Source of the DNA: Candidatus Hadarchaeum sp.
GTDB lineage: Archaea > Hadarchaeota > Hadarchaeia > Hadarchaeales > Hadarchaeaceae
Assembly: GCA_020725895.1 (NCBI GenBank)
Contig: DYTO01000001.1
Coordinates: 30,894 to 94,893 of the forward strand
Length of the DNA stretch: 64,000 bases
Direction of reading: 5' to 3'
The notes under the pieces were generated by a model. That model did not search any database and had not been told where the DNA came from. It saw nothing but the letters and a program-made list of their open reading frames with translations. Below, piece after piece: positions 1 to 6,633 of this stretch (positions within the stretch are counted from its first letter, which is position 1; every line of letters starts with the position of its first letter). The translations under genes were made by a program, and so were the position numbers.

Positions 1-822
1 CCCTTTCTTCGCTGCGCCGACCAATTTTATCGCCTGCCCTGCATCCCTGGCAAGCTTGATCGCCTCGGGAGTTATCTTTCTTATGCCGGCGATCTTCACG
101 TCTTTCAATTTCGCATTGATGGCGAGGAGAGAATTCGTGAGAATGACAAGCTTGGCTGCGGTGTCGAAGCCGTCTATGTCCAAGCTGGGATCCTTCTCCG
201 CCATGCCGAGCTCCTGCGCCTCCTTAAGGACCATGTCGAAGGGCGCGCCCTCTTCACCCATCCTCGTGAGAATGTAGTTTGTAGTTCCGTTCAGGACTCC
301 TTTTATCTCCTGGACTTCGTTGCCCGCCAACAGCTTTCTCGCAAGCTCTATGACTGGTATCGCCCCGCCCACGGACGCAGAGTACCTGAACTCAACGCCC
401 TGGCTTTTTGCCAACGCGTCCAGTTCCTTGAAGGCGACGACGAGTGGGCCCTTGTTAGAAGTTATAACGTGCTTATTGGATTTCATCGCTGTTTTTATGT
501 GGCCCAGGCCAGGTTCCCCCGTCTTTATGTTGGTCGGAGTGAGTTCCAAAACCACGTCGGCGGCTACTTTCTCTATCGTGTCGTGGACGATCTCTCCCTT
601 TTTTGCGCCAGCTAACTTTTCGACCTTCTTACCGCTCCTCGCCATTGCCACAAATTTCGCGGATGGAATTCCGTCATCATTTACCAGTGCGCCCGTCTCA
701 TCCACTATTGCGACAACTTTAGGGACCAGCCCTTGCCTCTTTTTCAAGAACTCCTGCTTTTCGGCGAGAGTTATGCCCAGACCTCGCCCAAGATTCCCGA
801 ACCCGACAAGAATCAACCTCAT
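1..822 (-). CDS. hom: homoserine dehydrogenase, C-terminus cut off by window start
   Basis: Absent from the ORF track because no stop lies inside the window. Hand translation of the minus strand from ATG 822..820 gives MRLILVGFGNLGRGLG (GxGxxG dinucleotide site) ... RYSASVGGAIPVIE ... LNGTTNYIL ... DPSLDIDGFDTAAKLVIL, the hallmark Hom motifs. The start overlaps the stop of the upstream ACT gene by ATGA. Confidence 0.8.
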   Translation of the reverse strand, partial: MRLILVGFGNLGRGLGITLAEKQEFLKKRQGLVPKVVAIVDETGALVNDDGIPSAKFVAMARSGKKVEKLAGAKKGEIVHDTIEKVAADVVLELTPTNIKTGEPGLGHIKTAMKSNKHVITSNKGPLVVAFKELDALAKSQGVEFRYSASVGGAIPVIELARKLLAGNEVQEIKGVLNGTTNYILTRMGEEGAPFDMVLKEAQELGMAEKDPSLDIDGFDTAAKLVILTNSLLAINAKLKDVKIAGIRKITPEAIKLARDAGQAIKLVGAAKKG

Positions 823-1385
823 TCTTCGCCCTCCAAAGAAGTTATCAGGAGCAGGTCTTTTTGTTCCGAAATCTGGCGGAGCTTCTTGATTGCAAGGTTG
901 GATGATCCCTCAGAATCTGCCGTGATTGTCATGCGCGCCGATGAATCCTTTCCGAGCTCGCTCATGGCAAGGCTCATGTCGGAGACTCGCACGCCTGGAA
1001 TGCCGTTCAGCCTGTCTATCGTGTCGCGGATGTCCGTGTGGATTATGTGACCGATCAATATCGTTGTGCGCTTTACGCCGCGTATGCTTTCTCCTATCTG
1101 CGTGACGGCGATCCCATTCTTTTTCAGTTCCGCAAGGAGCTTTTCGAGCGTCTTTTTGTCCTTGATCTCAAAAACCAGCATTACGGGTATTCTGCCGAGG
1201 GGAGTTTTTCTCTCGCGCTGATGCATGATGCCTTGTATGTTTCCGCCGAGTCTCGCCACTGGCTCGATCGCCTTTGTGAGCTGGCCAGGGACATCCCTTA
1301 ATTCCATCACGATCTTTACTCTCAATTTTTCTCCTCCTATGCATCGAATAATCGTGGAGATTGATATAGTTTTTTTTGGGGCCAA
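819..1385 (-). CDS. ACT-domain (amino-acid-binding regulatory) protein, probably co-transcribed with hom
   Basis: The 188 aa ORF has two ACT-like beta-alpha-beta-beta-alpha-beta segments (RVKIVMELRDVPGQLTKAIEPVARLGGNIQGI and ILIGHIIHTDIRDTIDRLNGIPGVRV). Its stop overlaps the hom start (ATGA). Separate ACT proteins next to hom are common in archaea. Confidence 0.5.
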   Translation of the reverse strand: MAPKKTISISTIIRCIGGEKLRVKIVMELRDVPGQLTKAIEPVARLGGNIQGIMHQRERKTPLGRIPVMLVFEIKDKKTLEKLLAELKKNGIAVTQIGESIRGVKRTTILIGHIIHTDIRDTIDRLNGIPGVRVSDMSLAMSELGKDSSARMTITADSEGSSNLAIKKLRQISEQKDLLLITSLEGEE

Positions 1386-1400
1386 ATTGTGCGTTCTGCG

Positions 1401-1985
1401 TCACATCGTCGCTTTTGGTCCGGAAAATCTCCTCGGGATATTGATGATTACTTTGTCTTTTTCAACTTCTACCGTTGATTCGCGCGTATCTGCTGAGTCA
1501 GGTAGCGCCACGGTGCAGAAGTAGCCTTTTTTCAATTTCCTTGAAACGGCGTAAATCTCTACCGAGCCCGGATAGAATCTCAGGCGGACGTTTTCTTTGT
1601 TCTCGACACCTTCCGCATCCAAGGAAATCGTCAGTTTACTCACGTCCATCAGAACTTTGTACTCTGGAATCACCTTTTCCTTAACTTCCGCGATTTCGGC
1701 GATTCTCGGTTTTGCTGCGGCCTCTTTTTGTGGTATGGCCCTTTCCTTCTCAAGGGGGACTTTTTCCCAATTTCCGCCCGGCCCGAACCTTTTAACTTCT
1801 ATTTTAGGTGGATTTTTTCCGTTGCTGGTAATCGAAATGCTGAAGCCGCCGCGCTCAACGTGCGCCGGTTTTTTTATTTTGAATTCTGGGATTTTTTTAA
1901 TCTTGAAATCTTTTTCGAATTCCTCCATATCTTTGAAAAATTGTTTCATTATTTTTTTGAAATGTTCGTCGATCGGGTCTGGCAT
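1401..1985 (-). CDS. Hsp20/alpha-crystallin-like small heat-shock protein (tentative)
   Basis: 194 aa. The C-terminal half (VRLRFYPGSVEIYAVSRKLKKGYFCTVALPDSADTRESTVEVEKDKVIINIPRR) fits the alpha-crystallin domain pattern, including the I-x-I tail. The N-terminus is lysine-rich and low-complexity. Confidence 0.4.
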   Translation of the reverse strand: MPDPIDEHFKKIMKQFFKDMEEFEKDFKIKKIPEFKIKKPAHVERGGFSISITSNGKNPPKIEVKRFGPGGNWEKVPLEKERAIPQKEAAAKPRIAEIAEVKEKVIPEYKVLMDVSKLTISLDAEGVENKENVRLRFYPGSVEIYAVSRKLKKGYFCTVALPDSADTRESTVEVEKDKVIINIPRRFSGPKATM

Positions 1986-2218
1986 TCTCTCACGTTTAAA
2001 ACTTCGGTGTTAATGTTGATAAATTTTCTTGAGTAAAAATTTTTTATCTAACAAGGCACAGAAGAGTTTATTTTTTAGATTTTATTTTCATGCTGCGTTT
2101 AAAAAAGAAATGCGCAAGCGATGTTTGCTGTTTTGCCATGTTAATCTAAAAAATAGGATTATAATTGAGTATACATCCGTCGACGGTCCAAATCTTGAAT
2201 TAATAGGAAAACAGACCC

Positions 2219-2227
2219 CTATTTAAA
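2219..2227 (+). promoter_or_regulatory. TATA-box-like element (tatttaaaa) upstream of the candidate ncRNA
   Basis: AT-rich octamer about 25-30 bp upstream of the first GC-rich structured nucleotides; archaeal BRE/TATA spacing. Confidence 0.3.
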
Positions 2228-2249
2228 ATTTTGGGGCATTAGAAAGGCT

Positions 2250-2565
2250 TTTATTACCATGTTTCTAAGTTTAAATTGCACCGGGAAGGTCACACCGGAA
2301 TGGTCTCTAGAGTTGACTGCGGTGGATCCCACTAGTCAGGAGCTTTCGCAGGTACGGCCTATCTGTGATTGTTTCTGCTAGCAGGCTGACATGGTTGACT
2401 CGAAGATCTGTAGTGAACGTGGCGTGGAGTAACCGAAAGGCAAATCCGCACAATCCGTGATGGGTTGGAGCGGCGTGGTTTGAGAGCTCCCGAAAGGGGG
2501 TTTGACCGAGCTACGTCGACCATGGACGCGAAAGAAGAGGGACCTATTTCTCGGTGCATTTTTAA
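2250..2565 (+). ncRNA. candidate structured non-coding RNA, family unassigned (RNase P / SRP RNA considered, not confirmed)
   Basis: About 750 bp between genes contains no credible ORF; the only track ORFs are R/S-rich antisense junk. The region is GC-rich, follows an AT-rich promoter-like stretch and ends in a T-run (2558-2564). The 5' segment GCACCGGGAAGGUC (2278-2291) is complementary to the 3' segment GACCUAUUUCUCGGUGC (2541-2557), giving a closing helix. There are two C-C[GAAA]G-G GNRA hairpins (ACCGAAAGG at about 2431-2439, CUCCCGAAAGGGGG at about 2486-2499) and several local stems. Strand is uncertain. Confidence 0.3.
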
Positions 2566-2593
2566 ACTCTGATGTATATTTTGCTTTGGTGGC

Positions 2594-2704
2594 ATGAACA
2601 AACCTAGAAAAAAGCTTCCGCCGGAAAAACGATTGAGGCTCGTTCGGCAACAGATTTTGGGGCCGCAGGATATCGCAAGACGCCTTCGTAAGAAGAAGAA
2701 ATAA
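2594..2704 (+). CDS. small basic ORF (36 aa) MNKPRKKLPPEKRLRLVRQQILGPQDIARRLRKKKK, speculative
   Basis: ATG 2594 to TAA 2702-2704, below the track's size cutoff. Very basic, resembling a ribosomal-protein or zinc-less basic peptide. No recognised family. Confidence 0.2.
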   Translation: MNKPRKKLPPEKRLRLVRQQILGPQDIARRLRKKKK

Positions 2705-2732
2705 CGCTTCAAGCTCAATTTTTATAACACGT

Positions 2733-3599
2733 TTATAAAACTGTCTTCAATTCTGACTCTGACGTTGTCTGCTGCCACTGCTGTGCGTATTTCAAAAGCC
2801 CGAGCGCGGGCTCCGCGGGAAGGGACCAATGGATTGGTCTGGCAAGTTCGGGCGTTGCGTCAAAAACTTTGAAATCTCCTATGCGCTCCGGATCCACCGG
2901 GACGGAGACGAGGCCAGTTTCCGGGTTCAGGCTCATCGGTGCCAATAATAGACCTCGCCTGACCCGAAGCTCGGAGAGGAGGCAAATGTCTGTCTCAATT
3001 CTTATGATTGTATAATTTCCAGTGGCCTTGGTCTCAGCTTCAGGCATGCGATCGTTCACGTTGCCAACAATGTGTGTCGTAAGCTCACGGTGTAGTCTGT
3101 CGAGGGCTCCGAGGTCGCCCAACCAAACTTCGTACGGGATTGCCTGCAGTGGTATAACCAAATCAAACCCGAGGTTTCCCGAAAACTTAACCCATGGTTT
3201 GACTCCGACTTCATCCAACGCTTCCACCACTAGCTTCGTGACAAATTTTGCCGTTGCCATTCCGCCCCGCTTCGCTCGGATTGTCCAGACCAGATCTGAT
3301 CCAACCGGGTTGTTGAAATCGCCGACGTAATGCCAATAGGAGCAATAAAAGGCCGAGGCATCCGTCCCTGCGATCTGGTCAAGGCCTGAATTCAGGTCTA
3401 TTGGTCTGTGAGAGTCGGACTCGTATCTCTGCACGCTCTTTGATTCCCTGTTGTAGATTGCACACTCTCGAACTGCGCTGCCCACTCTGTTATTCTTGAA
3501 GCTCAAGATCGCTTCCTTCACGTCAAGGCGCTGGTAGTACATGACCTCTCCAAACAATCCAGAGCGCTTGCGCTTTAGCGGGTTCTGGAGAGGGGTCAC
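2733..3599 (-). CDS. hypothetical protein with weak archaeo-eukaryotic primase (LigD-Pol/PrimPol-like) motif spacing, possibly degenerate
   Basis: 288 aa. KFSGNLGFDLVIPL resembles AEP motif II (SGxxGxH-xxxPL) with H replaced by D. VGDFNNP sits about 50 aa upstream where motif I (DxD) belongs. RIETDICLL sits about 50 aa downstream where motif III belongs. Spacing fits the AEP fold but the catalytic residues are substituted. Confidence 0.45.
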   Translation of the reverse strand: MTPLQNPLKRKRSGLFGEVMYYQRLDVKEAILSFKNNRVGSAVRECAIYNRESKSVQRYESDSHRPIDLNSGLDQIAGTDASAFYCSYWHYVGDFNNPVGSDLVWTIRAKRGGMATAKFVTKLVVEALDEVGVKPWVKFSGNLGFDLVIPLQAIPYEVWLGDLGALDRLHRELTTHIVGNVNDRMPEAETKATGNYTIIRIETDICLLSELRVRRGLLLAPMSLNPETGLVSVPVDPERIGDFKVFDATPELARPIHWSLPAEPALGLLKYAQQWQQTTSESELKTVL

Positions 3600-3686
3600 C
3601 GGAAGTATTCTGCTACCCCTTTGTTTCCACTGGAACGTTATTATTATAAATCAAGAAAAAGTTATGATATATTACATATATAAATA

Positions 3687-4076
3687 GTGAAAGATATGAA
3701 AGAAAATGAGTTCAATTATGGCTGGATTGTTGGATTTATAGAGAGCGAAGGTTTTTTTACGCAAAACACGATAAAAATAACCCGAAAATCCAAAAAGAGG
3801 CTCTTAAAATACAAATATATAAATCCCGCCTTTTTCCTCGTAAGCAAGGACATTTCTGCACTTGAAGCGGCGAAAGGCATTTTGGGAATGGGAAAAATCA
3901 AAGAGCACGGCTCGATTTTCCACCTCGAGATTAGGAGGAAAGACGATCTCCTGCGGCTGGTCAACTTTTTGGATGGGAAATTGAAGTCGAGCGCGCGCAC
4001 CCAACAGTTTGAACGCTGGAAGCAAATGGTTCTGCAGTGGAAATCAAGGAGTTGGGGAGAGGGGTCTTTTATTTAA
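3687..4076 (+). CDS. free-standing LAGLIDADG-family homing endonuclease-like protein (single-motif, homodimer type)
   Basis: 129 aa. NYGWIVGFIESEGFF matches the LAGLIDADG consensus (G-F-I-[DE]-[GS]-[DE]-G-x-F). KGILGMGKIKEHGSIFHLEIRRKDDLLRLVNFLDGKLKS is the typical downstream core. The local sequence (about 3600-4080) is markedly AT-rich against a genome of about 55% GC. Confidence 0.6.
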   Translation: MKDMKENEFNYGWIVGFIESEGFFTQNTIKITRKSKKRLLKYKYINPAFFLVSKDISALEAAKGILGMGKIKEHGSIFHLEIRRKDDLLRLVNFLDGKLKSSARTQQFERWKQMVLQWKSRSWGEGSFI

Positions 4077-4102
4077 CAAAAGACGTAGTTTTGTGTGTTC
4101 AC

Positions 4103-5098
4103 ATGGAAAAATTCGAAACCGTGATGAGAGGAGTGAGCGAAGCCGTGACGGAGGAGGAGCTGCGCGAGATAATCTCACGCGAAAATTTCTCTGTTTATTG
4201 CGGTTACGAGCCATCCGGAAAAATACACTTCGGCCATATGCTCACAGTCAACAAGCTAATCGATTTCCAAAAGATAGGCGCGCGAACGGTGGTTTTGCTC
4301 GCGAACATGCACGCGTACCTGAATGACAAGGGATCTTTAGAGGAAATAAGAAAAATCGCGGAATACAACAAGAGCTGCTTCATCGCACTCGGTCTAGACC
4401 CCAAAAAGACCGAGTTTTTGCTCGGCTCCGACTTCCAGCTCAAGCCAGATTACACCACAGATGTCATGCGGATGGCCCTGAGGACGACGTTGCTGAGGGC
4501 CAAGCGCTCCATGACTGAAATCGCGAGGCACATGGACGATCCAGACGTTGCGCAGGTCATCTACCCTTTGATGCAGGCGGTCGATATCGCGCATCTCAAG
4601 GCGGACGTGGCGGTAGGCGGCACAGACCAGCGAAAGGTCCACATGATCGCGCGCGAAAACCTACCTCTCCTGGGGTACAGAAAGCCAGTCTGCGTTCACA
4701 CGCCGCTTCTCCACGGGTTGGACGGGTCCGATAAAATGTCTTCCAGCAAGGCTAACTTCATATCAGTCGACGACGCGCCAGAAGTCATCCGAGACAAGCT
4801 GATGAAGGCTTTTTGCCCGCCAAAGCAGACGGACGATAACCCTGTTATAGAATATGCCGAACACATGGTGTTCCCGAAATTCGAGCGGCTAGAGATTGAC
4901 AGGCCGCTGAAGTACGGCGGGCACCTGGACGTCGAAAGCCCGAAAAAGCTGAAGGAAATGTACCGCGCGGGGGAGCTGCACCCGATGGACTTGAAAAAGG
5001 CAGTTTCCGAGGCCGTTGTCAGAGCCCTTGATCCAGTCAGGAAATACTTCGACAAACATCCAAAAACCGCGCGAAGCCTTTTCACGAATCTCTTTTAA
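4103..5098 (+). CDS. tyrS: tyrosyl-tRNA synthetase, archaeal type
   Basis: The track ORF 4037..5098 contains MEKFETVMRGVSEAVTEEELREI ... CGYEPSGKIHFGH (HIGH-class motif) ... KMSSSKANFI (KMSKS-like). I prefer the start at ATG 4103 because the 4037 start overlaps the LAGLIDADG ORF. Length is about 332 aa, typical of archaeal TyrRS. Confidence 0.9.
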   Translation: MEKFETVMRGVSEAVTEEELREIISRENFSVYCGYEPSGKIHFGHMLTVNKLIDFQKIGARTVVLLANMHAYLNDKGSLEEIRKIAEYNKSCFIALGLDPKKTEFLLGSDFQLKPDYTTDVMRMALRTTLLRAKRSMTEIARHMDDPDVAQVIYPLMQAVDIAHLKADVAVGGTDQRKVHMIARENLPLLGYRKPVCVHTPLLHGLDGSDKMSSSKANFISVDDAPEVIRDKLMKAFCPPKQTDDNPVIEYAEHMVFPKFERLEIDRPLKYGGHLDVESPKKLKEMYRAGELHPMDLKKAVSEAVVRALDPVRKYFDKHPKTARSLFTNLF

Positions 5099-5113
5099 AC
5101 TGGAACATTCAGT

Positions 5114-5953
5114 ATGTTGGGGGTTGAGATGCGCTCAAGACCTAGATCGATTTCGATAACGTCCGGGAAGGGCGGCACAGGCAAGACCACGGTAACAGCA
5201 AACTTGGGCATCGCACTTGGGATACTCGGCAAGAGGGTCACGATTCTTGATGCCGATTTGACGATGGCGAACTTGTCCATTGTCATGGGAATGCACCAGG
5301 TAAAGACAAGTTTTCTCGACGTGTTGGCGGGGAAGGCCGATTTGAGCGCAGCCATTTACGAAAACCACGGCATCAAAATCGTTCCGACGGGGTTCCGTTT
5401 CGAGGACTCGCACGAGGCGCTTTCAAAGGCGAAGCGGCAGCGCGTGGAAGAGGCCATAAATAAGCTGATCCAGGACACGGATTTCCTTCTAATAGACGCC
5501 CCGGCAGGCATACAGGACGCGACAATAGTTTCAATAGCCGCGGCGAACGAGATGCTGGCGGTCTGCAACCCAACATACACAAGCCTCGTCGACGCTTACA
5601 AAGTCATTCGCTATGCGAACGTGATTGGCGCGTGGACCCGTGGAGTCGTGGCAAACCGCGTTGGCAAAAGAGCCGAACTGCCGAGCAGCGAGATTGAGCA
5701 GTTCATGGGGAAGACCCTAGGAAGCATGCCGGTTCTGGCGGAGATCCCCGAGGACTCGAGAGTCCAAGAGGCAGAGCTTGAGGGGGTACCCGTGGTCGTT
5801 TACGAGCCGAACTGCGCTGCCTCGGTTGCCATCAATCGCTTGGCGAAGGTCATTTCAAGCGAAGCCGCTCTGCCACAAATCTCTGACAGGAAAGAAAGCT
5901 TGGCAGAGACGACAAGGCGCCTTGCGCGTGCCCTGACGGCCAGAAATGTATAA
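5114..5953 (+). CDS. minD: MinD/ParA-family P-loop ATPase, paralog 1 of 3
   Basis: Deviant Walker A ITSGKGGTGKTT, ILDADL, LLIDAPAG (Walker B); overall MinD architecture. An alternative start at M 5129 is possible. Confidence 0.8.
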   Translation: MLGVEMRSRPRSISITSGKGGTGKTTVTANLGIALGILGKRVTILDADLTMANLSIVMGMHQVKTSFLDVLAGKADLSAAIYENHGIKIVPTGFRFEDSHEALSKAKRQRVEEAINKLIQDTDFLLIDAPAGIQDATIVSIAAANEMLAVCNPTYTSLVDAYKVIRYANVIGAWTRGVVANRVGKRAELPSSEIEQFMGKTLGSMPVLAEIPEDSRVQEAELEGVPVVVYEPNCAASVAINRLAKVISSEAALPQISDRKESLAETTRRLARALTARNV

Positions 5954-6023
5954 CGGAGATATATAACAGGCTAATTATTTCGGCCGCAACATGGCAGCAA
6001 GCTCATTTTTGCGCTGTTTTGCT

Positions 6024-6347
6024 TCAGATTATTGATCCGATTCGTTCGAACACCAGGGCCGAGACAACGAACACCGTCGTGGCCGCAATGAATCCTTCAA
6101 CGAATCCCCATTGCGGCAGTGCCAGATACAGCGTGGTTGCGAACAGTATGTTTGGTATCATGGCAATCACGATGCCGCGCACCGTTTCAGTCAATGCGGC
6201 AACGTCTTTGTTGTGTGAATAGTGCAATAGGATTACTGCACTTGTTCGAATTGGCGCGCCGGCAAGAACCCCTCCAGCAATCGGGCTGAAGAGGCTCGCA
6301 AGCAAAAGTGCCGCGGCGACCAAGGCCCCGCCCAAGACAAGTCCCAA
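6024..6347 (-). CDS. small membrane protein (3 predicted TM helices), hypothetical
   Basis: 107 aa, hydrophobic throughout. Sits between minD paralog 1 and the acidic-repeat surface protein gene. Confidence 0.4.
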   Translation of the reverse strand: MGLVLGGALVAAALLLASLFSPIAGGVLAGAPIRTSAVILLHYSHNKDVAALTETVRGIVIAMIPNILFATTLYLALPQWGFVEGFIAATTVFVVSALVFERIGSII

Positions 6348-6633
6348 GGAACCGATCTAACCACATATCTCATTTTTTCGACCACATTGATTATTCGAGT
6401 TAACAGAAAAATCATTTTTGTTTAATCGTAGTTATACAATAGTTTAATTGTATTGACACAGCATATAAACAATTCTACTTTATTTAAATACATATCGTAA
6501 AAATACGAAAACCTGTGTAGTTTCTACCGGCCCTGCCGGCTTTATACTCGTTTCGAAAAACATCGGAATGGCACCCTTCGGCATCCGCTTTAAACACCGC
6601 CAAAGTCGCTACCCGGTATTGGAAGTGTAACAA

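Noticed and set aside
56-1050. + strand ORFs 56..277, 320..889 and 733..1050, plus the + strand ORFs 1038..1301 and 1225..1524
   Set aside because: They are antisense or out-of-frame relative to the well-supported minus-strand hom and ACT genes. Their composition is low-complexity S/A/P-rich and they show no motifs.
2278-2557. High density of palindromic hexamers (TCTAGA, GGATCC, ACTAGT, GCTAGC, AGATCT, GAGCTC, GTCGAC, CCATGG) in the ncRNA region as evidence of a synthetic polylinker
   Set aside because: About 3-4 palindromic hexamers are expected by chance in 220 bp. Eight is elevated, but is consistent with a hairpin-rich structured RNA rather than an engineered cloning site.
2250-2565. 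Assigning the structured RNA to RNase P RNA or SRP (7S) RNA
   Set aside because: I could not find the P4 consensus (AGGAAAGUCCGGGC / ACAGAA) or the SRP helix-8 GGAA...AGCAGC signature on either strand. Only a generic terminal helix and GNRA hairpins are present. The family is left unassigned.
2359-2718. Minus-strand ORFs 2359..2718 and 2378..2650 inside the candidate ncRNA region
   Set aside because: R/S/P-rich, with no start context and overlapping structured GC-rich hairpins. Treated as non-coding.
4037-4102. Longer N-terminal extensions of tyrS (4037), ksgA (49839), GGPPS (37542), MEMO (33477), MinD paralog 2 (16483) and the NTase gene (61743)
   Set aside because: The extensions overlap neighbouring genes or are antisense to them, and they lack conserved N-terminal motifs. 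Internal starts place conserved motifs at normal positions and create typical ATGA/GTGA couplings.
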